Source: Neoechinorhynchus agilis (taxonomy: Eukaryota; Animalia; Acanthocephala). Taken from it: a DNA stretch of 64,000 nucleotides. Below are positions 1-11,700 of the stretch, one piece after another (the first letter of the stretch is position 1; each line of letters begins with the position of its first letter). A program made the position numbers and the translations under genes. The notes beneath the pieces are model-generated. The model was not told where the DNA came from and did not search any database. It worked only from the letters and a program-made list of their open reading frames with translations. Location of the stretch: contig CM121342.1 in NCBI GenBank assembly GCA_051530055.1, positions 9,687,480-9,751,479 on the forward strand, in the 5' to 3' direction.

Positions 1-1024
1 CAATTAAATTTAATCAAAAATTTTATATTTAGCATGGATAAATAGCATACACTTCATATTTTTGTATCTAAAAACTTTAAGCGACAATAGATTAATTTTT
101 AATTAAAATGTCTCATTCATTTTTAATAATTTTACCGCGGAATTACACATAGATCAATTTGCTACAATTATCGCGTTTAATATACAAATTGAGCTTTAAA
201 ATGTATGTAGATTTTTAAACAAAAGCACTTAATATTCAATTCATCGTTATGTACAATGAATGTCAAATCAGCCCTTAAAAACTGAATTCTGTTGACATCA
301 TTAACACTCATTCTAGTGTGGCTCTAAATATGTCGAGGACATAAACTTCTTAAAATATCAAACAAAACCTTAAAAGGTTAAATCGTTTCGCGGTAGGTTT
401 TTTTTACTGATCAGAAAATAATGATATCAATTAAAATATTCCGTAAATTAACTGCAAGATAGGTAAAAGCTATCTTTTTTATTTTCGTATAATGTGAAGG
501 ATTTGATTACAGTGGAATTTAGCTCATTAATGAGCGCCTAAAATTCGTCCATTATTAATGCATTCCAGAAAAATTCAATTTTTAGCGAATTTACACATTT
601 TTTCCTTGTTTCTTAAATATTAGCACATAAATTAGGCACGGAGCGAAAATGCCGAGCGTATGGCATATTTTCAATAACAGCATTTAAAATTTTCTTTTGT
701 TAAAATATATTTTCACACAACAAAAATTAAAATATCGTTACTTAAGCTATTTCTAAGTCTCAGGTTGCTGTGTTATCTAAGCCGAGTTAAATTACAAAAT
801 TGTTTTCAAAATTATATTTAACCAAAATAATTATATTTGAAAATCAAAATGAATTGTTGTTTAGTATTCAGTGTTAAATCTCGAATTCCAAGGTTTATCT
901 CTGAAAATTTATGGAAATAATATTTTCGCGCGTCTCCGATACCATTGATTGTATTTCGAAAGCAACCAAAGAACATTTGAGCAAATGAATAGAAACTAAT
1001 CATTAATTGAAGTGTAAGCCAAAT

Positions 1025-2281
1025 AGCGTTCTTAAAAGATATGAATAGTTTAAAATGTTTGTCGCCTAATTTAAAAAATTATTCCTCTTTAATAAGATTC
1101 TTCGTACCCGTTCAATGGTACTCAATGAACTATTCCTGGTTATTCGGAGTTAGGGTTATATAGTACTTTGTATTTTAGGTGTTTAATTGAGTCATTTTTC
1201 ATATCTTAAATTTCAGTCATTGAATTTTAGCACTTCAATATTTAAGGACGATGAATGAATTGCCCGATTTAAAGAATCAAACATTTTTGAATACCTGTAA
1301 ATATTGATGAAAAATTTGTTCATACAATGACATCGGAAACATTTAATAAAAATCAAAAATTCAAGTTTATTGGATATATTAATTTTGCGATTTTCTTAAG
1401 CTCTTCCAAATGATATAAGCATGGCAAAAATAAAATCGGTACTGTGATCTGACGCCAAGTAATAATATATTACAATCATATTGTAAGATACCAAAAGTCA
1501 AAGAGCTGAATCATAAAATTAGCGTTAAAACCTTGAGAAATGTAATTTTTGAAACGAAAATAGATATTTCAACTCACGCAGAAAAATCTAGTCGATGAGA
1601 TCTTAAAAAGCAATATTTGAAATACAATTAAAAAATATTGTTAGGGATGGAAATATATTTCTGAATGGTAAGGATATTCTGGCAAAAATTCGGCTTTAAA
1701 CGCGCTTAATTATGAGGCAGCTGAATTTTACCGATCAAAAACAATATTAAAAGTTGAAAGAGCAAAAGCTCGTAAAACTCAGACATTTTAACCATCTTGA
1801 ATAAAGAAAAGGGGTGCAAGTGAGCTTATTTTAAGGTTCAAATACACTTTAAATTCAGAATTATAAGTCACAGCGAGCACAATCTTTTCAGACTATCCAA
1901 ACAACCCTCAAAATGGCTTTGTAAGTATTTTGTAGAACTTTCCCGTCGTCTATGGCACATAATGAAGCGAATATGGAAATCAGCGTTATGCAACCATGCC
2001 ATTTTGTTCGAGTCTACCAACATAATGCAATCACTGTTGATTCAAAGGTTCAATTTTTTCCTTTACATCAAGAGAAACGTCTGGGACACTCACGTTTTTG
2101 AAATAATTTTGTAGGCAAACAAGGCGGTAACTACGGTCCACAACAACTCTTGTTTTTATTTGTTTTTTACAATTCTCAAGATGTTTGGATTACAGAAAGT
2201 GCCGTTCATGTGTTCCAGAAGTTCATCCTGGAATATAACAAGGCTGGTAGACTAGTGCGTTCTATTAATCAGACTGTCTAA
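1025..2281 (+). CDS. Intron-rich gene of unknown product with tiny exons; 5' end not located and may extend further upstream
   Basis: Phase-consistent GT-AG introns, e.g. 1820-1858 (39 nt) and 1921-1967, join into ...ILTILNKEKGCKIISHSEHNLFRLSKQPSKWLSNMEISVMQPCHFVRVYQHNAITVDSKANKAVTTVHNNSYVWITESAVHVFQKFILEYNKAGRLVRSINQTV-stop (TAA 2279-2281). No family recognised. Confidence 0.55.
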
Positions 2282-2499
2282 AATGTTCGTAGCGTTTTTC
2301 ATTAATTAGTGGATGCCGCTGGCAAATCTTAAATTTTTTCATAAAAATTAATAATCTACCATTAGATTTTATTTTAATCGGTTTAATTTCCACCAACAAA
2401 AATTTTGATTTAAGCGCTGAGTTCACGGTGAGCGCTGAAATAAATTCCATTGTCATTGAAAAAATTACTTTTCTTTTCCATTTATAAATTTTACAAATT

Positions 2500-5130
2500 C
2501 ATGTCGTGGTTCGATCGAGTTCTTTGAGTATTTTCAGAGATATCCAAGTTCTCGTAAAATGTTCCCCGATTTTCTTCAATCTGGCGGTATTATAGACCCT
2601 TGAACGATTTAATTCCCATTGTCCTTGTCGTAAATATTTTAAAGGATGTTGTTTATATAAACACGTTTTATTAATTAAAAAGAACGATCCATACACTTGC
2701 CAGCATCTATCTTTGCTGAAGGTGTCTGGATGTCGGATGTTGAGGCAGGGAGGTGGGACTTGACTTTGAAGGAGTTTTACAGGTGAATGACCGATTGGGA
2801 GTCTTTCCTTGTTCTCCGGTTGTTAAGGAAAGATTGGGCTTGGGGGACTAAAAGTGGCATAATAAATAATAGCACGTTCATTGGTAAAAAATACAGAATA
2901 GGACCCAAGTACCTTTGGTTCCTCATAAGCACTATAGCTCACAGTTGTTCCAAAAAATCGTATCCGTTAGGATGGGAATATCCAGTCGATGGATGTCCGT
3001 TCGGGAGGTAATATCTCTTCGGAGCGACGGTTCGTTCGGGTGAGGATGTATCCGTTCGATTGAGAATATCCGGTAGGGTTGGAAGGTCCGTTCTCGTTGG
3101 AATTGGCGGATATTGTTTGCAGGAGTGCTTTTAAGGTTGGTCTTTCCTCAGTTTCATTTCAAGTTATGATATCCGAGAAGATTGGGCAGTGTGGAAAAAG
3201 GAGCGTAGATATAGTGAGGTGCGAGGTCGAGGGAGGATGAAACGAATTAGGATTACAAGTGTTGTGTTCGTGTGAAAAGGGAGGCGATATGTGGAACAAA
3301 TTTTGGTGGTAGAGTTAAGAGGCGTTTTGATTGTTTTATGAAAATAGTATCAAGGCATTCGGTGAGAGGGGGAAAATCAACTGTGCAATGAGTGATGAGG
3401 TGATGTCGTTGGCATTAAAGAAAAGTTTAGATTGAGATGAGAGAAGTTTGAGGTTAGGCTGATAGAGCAAGTGGAACGGCGTTGAATGTATTGTTTGCGA
3501 TTCTTAAGATAAGATTCGGGGCAGCGGATCTGCCACAAGTTGAGACCAAAATCGGAGCAGACCCGGAGAAGGAGTAAATGATCCACTGAGTGGAAAGCTT
3601 TCGATAAATCAAGTTGAATGAGACGGGTGACATGGGAGAAATTATTGTCGAGGTTATGTAGGAGCGTGTCATAAATACAAAGTAGGGCATCGGTTGCAGA
3701 AAATCTGGGCCTAAAGCCAAATTGTAGGGGCGATGACTTTTCGCGGAGAAGTGAAAGAAGGCGAGATTTAAAACAATTTTCGATTGATTCGGTGGAAATA
3801 GGATGTCCTTTTTTGGAGGAAGGTAGCGTTAGCAGTTTTCAGGCATAAGGAGTGGATGCCATATAAAAATCTGTGGTTTATAATGTGGGTTAGAGAGTCG
3901 ATGAGTTCGGAGATGATGCAGCGAAGAGCTCAGTTTGGGATTTTCGATTGAGAGGATGGATTTTGAGGTAATTTCATGAGATACTGTAATACTTCATATA
4001 ATGAAACTATGGGAAGTATCGGCGAGTTGACAAAAGTTTCAGATGTGGGCGTGAAAGATTGCATGGAGTCCGACACGGAGCAGCGACTGTAAATTGAGCC
4101 AGGACAGAGTTTCTGATTGATAGTGTCTAGAACCTGTCTTAATTCATTTTAGAGGAAAGAACGTTTTTGCGAGCGATAAGTATTTTATTAGTTAGAGCAA
4201 TTTGTAAACGGGGAAGTATGGAGGGGTTATCCATGGTGGGTCGCGGTTCGAGATTCTAATGAATTTCTTAGGAATTGTCGAAGTTATGGAATTTTTACGA
4301 TTGAGGTTGGGAAGGACATTGCCAAAGAATGGTCATTTATGTTGTCAGAGTGGGATGTGCGGACGTTAAAGCTGAACAATTTTATAAAATTTTGGATGTG
4401 ATGATCACGTTTATGCCAGACGGGTAAACGGGAAGATTTCATACGCTGAGGTGGGGTGGCGGGAGTGATAAAGGCAGAAGAATGGTCAGAGTTCGCGGGG
4501 GGGAGGAAGTTTAGAGGCAGATGATTAGGCGTAGATATTTGTGAACACTTTGTCGAGGTGAGCGTCAAGACGAGTTGGGAAGTCAATAAGTTGACGCAAT
4601 TCGGAGAAGGGTCGAGGAGGAAATATATTATTGAAGTCTTCTGCAATTAAGAAATGGTGTGAATTTGTGGAGTTTATGAGCTCCATCATAAAATCAATTC
4701 GGAGCAAGATGGACTCAGGACGGGAGGCCGGAGAGTGATAGACGCCAGCAATGGTGAATTCTCTAAGGCCGTTTCTCAAAGGAGCTATGAAATGTACTGC
4801 GATGAATTCTAAATCGGCGTTTTGTAGGCCGTACGTAAATTGAGACCCACCTGGACGCTCCTCGCGGAATGTAAGGAAGGAAGAGTACCCGGGAAGGATG
4901 GCTGAATCGCTGTTGAAGGGGTAAGGCACGTTTCTGTTAAGATGACTACGTCGGCTTTTGAGGTTGATGAAATTAATGATATTTCATCTAGTTTAGGAAG
5001 GAGGCTACGAGTACTGGAGTAATAATGTTTAAACTTACTTAACACACACAAATGGATGATGTTAAAAATCCAGAAATGATTCGGACAAAAAAATATATTT
5101 AATTGTAAATGAATAGTGAATGTCATTGAG
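2500..5130 (-). mobile_element. Decayed APE-RT LINE (CR1/L2-like, Jockey superclade)
   Basis: APE motifs VVILTETCL, IAGVYHSP, LIAEDFN, QLIDFPTRLDAHLDKVFTN and SDHS; RT motif KAFDSVDH; frameshifts and internal deletions. Boundaries approximate. Confidence 0.85.
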
Positions 5131-6269
5131 TCTCGATTCGTATATCCTGATGTGCAAATTTCTAATTACAAGTTTCCCCAATTTCAACACTACTTTCATT
5201 GTAATTTAATATGATCACAACTACGTCTTTGTAAATCAACTGTCTTTTTATATCGATATTTGTTCAATCTATAAAAAAAGATAAAATCTTTTCCTTGTTA
5301 GAATTGAGACCTAGAAAGAGTATTTATGATTCAGATCAACTCCACGGTGATAAAAGTGTAAAAGCATTATTTTCAATAATGAAAAAACGCCATAAAGTTC
5401 GAAAACTAAAAGGATTAAGAATGGAAAACCATAGATCAGCCGGATTAGACTCTAGGGCTGTGTTAATTCTAAAGATTTGCATCACATTTGAATTTGCAAA
5501 TGATTATCTTAATATAAATCAATAAGGTTATACTTAGCGCTTTGTTGATGAAGTCAACAATATCAATGAACAATACATGATTTTGTAAATTATGTTTACT
5601 GTAAACTTATTGTAAGATTAAATGTGGTAAACCTTATCTAAAGATAAAAAGCTGTTATATAGGCGCATTGTTGAAATGAATTAAAATTTAGTCAGCTACA
5701 AACGAACATTTCTTACATTAAAATGGTGTATAATTCTTGGATCATTAAGAAATAAAAATTGGATAATTAATCCATAAGGCTTATGAATGAAATATTTATT
5801 GATTTATTACACATGTTAATGTTTGTTAAAATATCAACGACCTTACCTCAAAACGAGCGAAGAATTATTATAAATTCATAAATTAGCAGTTTTACGGACG
5901 AAATTTAAATCAATAATAAAAAAATCCGCCAGCCATTGCTGAACCACTGTAATAAGTTGCAAGAGTACGCGCGTTATACCTACTTTTGATAGGTTATAAA
6001 AGTTTAGGCGCGGGAGGTTGAGAAATTTCGTGAAACATTAAGACAATCACATAAATTGAAATTTTTGAAGCAGATTCTATCTTGTATTTATATCAAAACG
6101 CCCTGCGAATGCAAACTTTATATTTATAACGAAATGTTAAATACAAGCAATATTTTTATTGCACCACATTATGTCGTCTTAATTACAATCTTCGCTAATT
6201 CCGTAAAGAATACGATTTATAAAAAATTATCAGTCGCGTTTAACGATTGACTTTTTTTATAATAGAAAG

Positions 6270-6560
6270 TTTATTTGTTACTTCTGATACAATCACCACA
6301 GTCCGCAAAATTGGAGCTTCGCTCCTACCTCAACTTTCGCTATCACGCTAGCAGCATTGCCTCGTTGTACTGCAAGCGAGATATTTTCTCGCAGGAATAC
6401 ACCTGCTCGTGCGTCGCCGGTCGTTTCTCTCAATTTCTTCGAGAGATCCTGGAGCAGAGTGAGTGCCGAGCTGCCAAGCGCTCCATAGGTCTCTACTCCA
6501 AATGGGGACAAAATAGTGAGTCCTTGCTAAATCCCTATATTTTCGTACCTTCCTCCCTTC
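6270..6560 (-). mobile_element. 3' fragment of CRE-like RLE non-LTR retrotransposon
   Basis: PFGVETYGALG...ISLAVQRGNAASV C-terminal motif, followed on the minus strand by AATAAA and an A-run. Confidence 0.8.
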
Positions 6561-6703
6561 CGCTGATATGGCTGCACCTCCAGCGATTTCGAGAGAGTTA
6601 GATTAAAACGATAGAATAACTAAGCAAGCCAAATCGACAACAAATATAGACGTTATAAATTCAGAACAAATTTAATTGCGCTCAGACGACAGGATTATAA
6701 AAT

Positions 6704-6835
6704 TCACTGAATTGAACATCCGCTGCTTTTTGGAGGAGTCTGTGGACAACAATAGGGTGCGGGATACGAGTAAGCAGTTGGGTAACCATTGTAGATTGGT
6801 CGAGGGTAGTAGGATCCGTAATAACCGCCGTACAT
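6704..6835 (-). CDS. 43-aa Tyr/Pro-rich CaaX microprotein, copy A
   Basis: MYGGYYGSYYPRPIYNGYPTAYSYPAPYCCPQTPPKSSGCSIQ-stop; three paralogues in the window share the frame and the C-x-I-Q-stop end. Confidence 0.75.
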   Translation of the reverse strand: MYGGYYGSYYPRPIYNGYPTAYSYPAPYCCPQTPPKSSGCSIQ

Positions 6836-7202
6836 TTGTTTGAAAGAACTTTGAAACTAAACCAAGTAGTAGATGTTTTCAAAAATGATTTTACATCCTT
6901 TTGTACCGAAAAGTGAGTAATTTTGAGATAATGGGTGGGTGGGTACATGGGTTTTTTTTCGCGTGCGCTAGAGACTCACCGACGAAAAACGTTGCACCTC
7001 AGTCATACACATAAAAGACTTACGTGAATTATTAAAACTCGAATTTTAAGCATTTGAGTAACAATGAACAAAAACAATCAATGGAAACTGATCATCACTC
7101 AGTCTTCTCAATACGACCATCATCGGTCTTAGCCTAAAATCATTGCTCGGTATCAAAATGGGCCACTAACTTTCAATCGGCCGAAGAAGACGACATGGAA
7201 CA

Positions 7203-7490
7203 ATGAGATATGGATTAATGAACCAAGATTTGTTCCAGTATAATCCATACATGAACTCTAATCCTTTGTGTTGTCCGCAGCATCAACCACAGATTTGTCG
7301 ATGCAGCACTTTAACGTCCTTTGGTCAGAATCAATTTCTACCACAACCAATCGGAAGTTTTACCAATCTGGGACAAATGTCGTCTTGTAAAAGAATGATG
7401 CACAGCCTTCCCTTGATAAGTCCATCGCCGAATTGCAATTTTCCAATCATTGGCACTGCTCGAAGCTGTTGTTGCAGTAGAAGTTATTAG
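7203..7490 (+). CDS. 95-aa Gln/Pro/Cys-rich small protein, divergent from CaaX copy A
   Basis: ORF with a CCPQ motif shared with the CaaX peptides and a CCC near the end; a paralogue lies at 15971-16180. Confidence 0.45.
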   Translation: MRYGLMNQDLFQYNPYMNSNPLCCPQHQPQICRCSTLTSFGQNQFLPQPIGSFTNLGQMSSCKRMMHSLPLISPSPNCNFPIIGTARSCCCSRSY

Positions 7491-7944
7491 AGACGAAAGT
7501 TTTTAGAGAAATAAAGATTTAAATACTTGGTTTTCATAGCAGAATAGAACTTTATTCGAAGTAACCCTTTTTTCGAGCAGTGATTAATCTTTTCTAAGCG
7601 GAACGAAAAATAATTATATAATTATAAAAACTATTTTTTATATCAATCAAAATTACGTTGAACAAATCATTTTTTCGTTAATTGCGTAAATTCGATTAAT
7701 ATTCGGCGTAGTTTATATTTCCTGATCCACTTTTGTTTTTTTTTGTTATGAAGTAATTTGACCAGCAATACAAGGTCCGGCACATAAAAGACAACAACTG
7801 AGAGTACTGAATTTTAGAAATATTAACCACCTAGAGCAGTGGGTAACGAATGGGTAACCCCGGTCAACAAAAAATAAATACTTTTAATTGCTCCCTCATC
7901 TTTGAGGAGAGAACAACGTTCTTAAATGACAAAAGTAAACACAA

Positions 7945-8090
7945 CAACTCTTGTTTTTGAAAGTCAATTTCTTTTTCAAATTCTCAAGATGTTTGGATTA
8001 CAGAAAGTGCCGTTCATGTGTTCCAGAAGTTCATCCTTGAATATAACAAGGCTGGTAAACTAGTGCGTTTTATTAATAAGACTGTCTAAA
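7945..8090 (+). pseudogene. Duplicated last intron and exon of the 1025-2281 gene
   Basis: Near-identical to about 2140-2285; encodes VWITESAVHVFQKFILEYNKAGKLVRFINKTV-stop. No upstream exons seen. Confidence 0.65.
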
Positions 8091-8355
8091 ATGTTTGCCG
8101 CATTTAATAATATTTGATGAGATTGAAACGTAATTTTATTAAAATTTTAATGAGCAAACCGTTCAATTTAATTGAAATAATCAGTCGTCTGAAAAAGTGC
8201 TACATTTTGAGCCTCACTTCCCACCTAATTCTCACAAAAACTCTCCACCTAACTCTCTCAAAACTGCCCACCAAATTATCTTAAAACTCCCCACCTTCAT
8301 TGATTATCTACGCAAAAAACATTGTCCCACAAGAGCTTCTGTTCGAAAACATCCA

Positions 8356-10673
8356 TAGCATTGCGTTGGGGTTCGCCGGCGGATACACGGTCCCCCAACT
8401 TTAAGAATGGCGATTAAAAGTCATATAAAGAACATAGCAAGTAAAAAAATTTTCATATAACTGTAGAGTCTAGATTACCCTGTGAAATTCTAATCTACGG
8501 ACGTTGTGGTGCTATGAATCCCGCTAACTCCTTCACGCCATTAAATGTCAGTAGAACAATACGCTCGAAAGTTACGTTTTAGTTTGAGACTTCGGTGAAA
8601 TGGTTGACAATTTAGATGGAGAATCTGAGTATTTTTGTGGCTAAAAGTTGAACACTTTTTGGTGTACATTTACTCCTGCCGTTATTATAACCTTATGTTT
8701 ATGAGATTAAAAAGTTGCGATTTCAGTTCAAACCCATGGTTAAGAGAGAGATGAAGACGCTTAAGCGTTACCTTTGTACGTCTTAAAATACCTGGATAAA
8801 ATCTTCTTGCTCATATTCTGTCTATTATGAACCTATCTAAAACTCACAAAGGATAAAACTTTGAAAAAGCATAGAAATCAAGTAGGGTAACTTTCTTAGT
8901 AATACGTTAAAGTGAGGTAAAATGAATCATTCAGAAATCAACCTTAGCCATTTACGATTCAAACACACAAAAATCCGAGTTTAAGGTACTTTGAGTAAAC
9001 GCTTTCTAACGCTTTGATAAAAATGAAGTCAATCTTTATACTTACGATACTCTGCACGCTGCTACTATTAAATCAAAGTACGAAGTTGTCCAATAAATGT
9101 ATTATATCGTTCGATAAGCCCGATTATGCAATCATCAAATGCGGTGGTGCAGAAAACTCCAGTGAAACGCATTTGAATTTAGAGGATACAGTTAATAAAA
9201 TAATCAAAAACGAAGTTTCTGTACTATTAATGGACGGACTTCCAATTAAAGAAATACCAATGAACTTAAGTGATATATTCCCAAAACTCTCTGAGATATA
9301 CATTCTACAACACACTGCACTATCTTCAAACCTAGCACTGGATTTTGCTGGAAATGTAAAGAAAATCCATCTGCAAGATACAAAGATCGAACAGATTTAC
9401 TTAACAAAAATTTTGCCAGTTGAAGAAATCGTTATTACTGGATCAAAACTTTCATCTATTCATCCAGAAGTAGGCAAAGGGCTTCCATTCTTGAATGTCT
9501 TAAGCTTAAGCAATAACAATCTGAGCAATATCAATACGCTCGTAGGATTTTGCAGTTTAAGAGAACTGAACATAGACGAAAATCAAATAGCGGTTCTCGA
9601 ATTCTCAAAAGAAATGTGCTTTTCCAATTTGAAAAAAATATCGGCTTTGAAAAATCCGACGTATTCGACAAAAATCGACGCGAGTGTAAATTTGAACAAC
9701 CTTCGGGAAATTAAAATTTCTGTAATTGGCGGGATCGGAGTCCATATTCAAGAGTTACAAAAGATTCAAAGTCTACAACGAATCACAATTCAGGGAGGAG
9801 CCGACCGAAGATACGATGCCTCGGAGTTAAAAAATCTTTGGAATTTAAGGTTGTTAGAGTTAATCAAGGGAAATTTAAAAGCAGTACCAAAAGGTGGAAT
9901 CTTGACAAATACGACTATTACGGCACTGTCTGTCGCTTGGAATTCGATTTTAACGATACAAAAATCGGATTTTGAACAATGGACACGACTTGAATATTTG
10001 GACCTATCGAATAATAATATGAAATTTATAACATTTGATGCTTTCGAACTACTCTTCAGTTTACGCATTCTTAGTTTTAAAGGTAATAACGTACCGAAAA
10101 AAGATGTCTTCAGCTCATTATTCCGATTGCGTTGGAAATCGACATCAAATTTGCTTGAAAGAATATTTTTGGCAAAAAAATACAAGAAATATTTTTCCAG
10201 AGTATCGAGTGTCGAAGGATATTGGACCGGCCATTTAGATTTTTGGACTATGAGATTCGGAAAACAATGCGTTAATTAAAGCTATAAATTTTTGTCATGA
10301 GTTGTATTGGACGCTTGATAGGGATAAGCAACAATGCGGCAATTACCTATTTCCACATTTTTGTTTCACCTAATAGTTACATTTAAATTTGATCTAAACG
10401 TCCAGTTTAAATAACGGAATAATACCGAAAATGATAATTGTCAAGTGTGCGGATTAAACACTTAAAAGCAATGACAAATGTTTTGAAAAAATGTCGGAAT
10501 TATCCGACGTGAAATATCGGAAATAAATCCAAAACTACCAAAAGAAAATATCTTTTTCCTATCGAAGACAATAATCAAAGACATTATTTTAGATTTTTCA
10601 ATAGGTCGCGCAAACTTGGAGGCGGAAATATTTTTTGTGGTTAAAAGTAAATTTGCTCAATCTTTGTAAGTTT
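8356..10673. repeat. 2.3-kb segment duplicated in inverted orientation at 37387-39703
   Basis: Direct comparison; shared sequence starts at tagcattgcgttgggg and ends at ctttgtaagttt. Confidence 0.95.
9023..10279 (+). CDS. Secreted leucine-rich-repeat protein, copy 1
   Basis: Intronless ORF (ATG 9023); hydrophobic N-terminal signal; LxxLxLxxNxL repeats (LNVLSLSNNNL, LEYLDLSNNNM); no transmembrane segment seen. Confidence 0.9.
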   Translation: MKSIFILTILCTLLLLNQSTKLSNKCIISFDKPDYAIIKCGGAENSSETHLNLEDTVNKIIKNEVSVLLMDGLPIKEIPMNLSDIFPKLSEIYILQHTALSSNLALDFAGNVKKIHLQDTKIEQIYLTKILPVEEIVITGSKLSSIHPEVGKGLPFLNVLSLSNNNLSNINTLVGFCSLRELNIDENQIAVLEFSKEMCFSNLKKISALKNPTYSTKIDASVNLNNLREIKISVIGGIGVHIQELQKIQSLQRITIQGGADRRYDASELKNLWNLRLLELIKGNLKAVPKGGILTNTTITALSVAWNSILTIQKSDFEQWTRLEYLDLSNNNMKFITFDAFELLFSLRILSFKGNNVPKKDVFSSLFRLRWKSTSNLLERIFLAKKYKKYFSRVSSVEGYWTGHLDFWTMRFGKQCVN

Positions 10674-10719
10674 ATTATAATAATACGTTTTATTTGTTGA
10701 TTCATAAAGAAGAGGAACC

Positions 10720-11700
10720 AATTTACCTTCCCCGCTTGCGTTCCTCTGCGGCAATTGCAGCACTTCATTCGCATTGCGAGGAATATCTTAGATTGGACAG
10801 AGCAAGAATGTCCGCACAAGTAGCGTCCCAGAGAAGGGATTTCCCTTCTCGCCACGGGAACACAGTTACCCCATCCGGTCTTCGACCGTCGAGTCTGCAG
10901 AGGTGACTCGGTTCGAGCAGATTCGGTTGGAAAAGTTGGGAGTTTTAGTGCCTCCGATGGAGGATGTTTTTGGTTCAGGGTTTCGAGAGTTTTCTAGGAT
11001 GCAAACAGCTCCTCGGATATCACCATCAGCAATTTTCGAGGAGGTGCGTTCCCCTATGGACCTAGCCGGAAAATTAGGTGTTCTGTAGGCCCGCGATAGG
11101 TAGCTCGAATTGCGTCTGAAAAGAGTTGATCGAAGGACGCGACCCTTTCTTTGATTGAGGTCACCAACGACCCCTCGGAACTGTCACCAGCGCGAAGAAC
11201 CAGCCTGGTAAAAGCGAAGAGACGTGTCCATGCAATGTCAGAACCGTTCTCTAAGAAATCCCCAAGGATACCGAGCGCCCTTTGGGATCCGTTTCAGGAT
11301 GTTGCTGTGCAGAACGCGCAACATATCAGGGAATGGCGTGAGAATGATCTGAGGCGCTGGGACATTCCGAGGAGGTTGTAGGTCCGAGATGACAGACCTT
11401 GGGGGCGGAAGGAACCAGAACAGCGGGATCTGAAGGGACCGTGCATCCGAAATAACCCGGATTTGTTGAGGCAATAGAAATCACCAAACTCCGAACAAAA
11501 ACTACCAGAGAAAAGGTGACCCGGAGGTTCGATACCTCGGCGTTTTGCTGTAAAGCTGTTGCGTCATCATCATTGAATTCGACGTTGTCCGATTGTCGTG
11601 TGATGGGTGATGATGGTTGAAAATGTTCTGACGAGGAGACCAGGCCTAACGCTTGTTGATTATTACCACTTAATCTCATATTGTTGGAATCCAATGCTTG
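10720..11700 (-). mobile_element. Internally deleted CRE-like element, N-terminal region fused to the RLE domain
   Basis: ILKRIPKGAR, KIADGDIRGAV and LNQKHP join near 10905 to [30 protein letters not shown]; the RT domain is absent. Confidence 0.75.

Noticed and set aside
8220-8300. ccacctaa-like repeats as telomeric sequence
   Set aside because: Few, irregular copies; not a regular telomere motif array.
9124-10238. Antisense and overlapping ORFs within the LRR genes, and similar ones inside ASPM, PIG-A, SDA1 and Tip60
   Set aside because: Opposite-strand or off-frame by-products of real coding sequence with no independent motifs.
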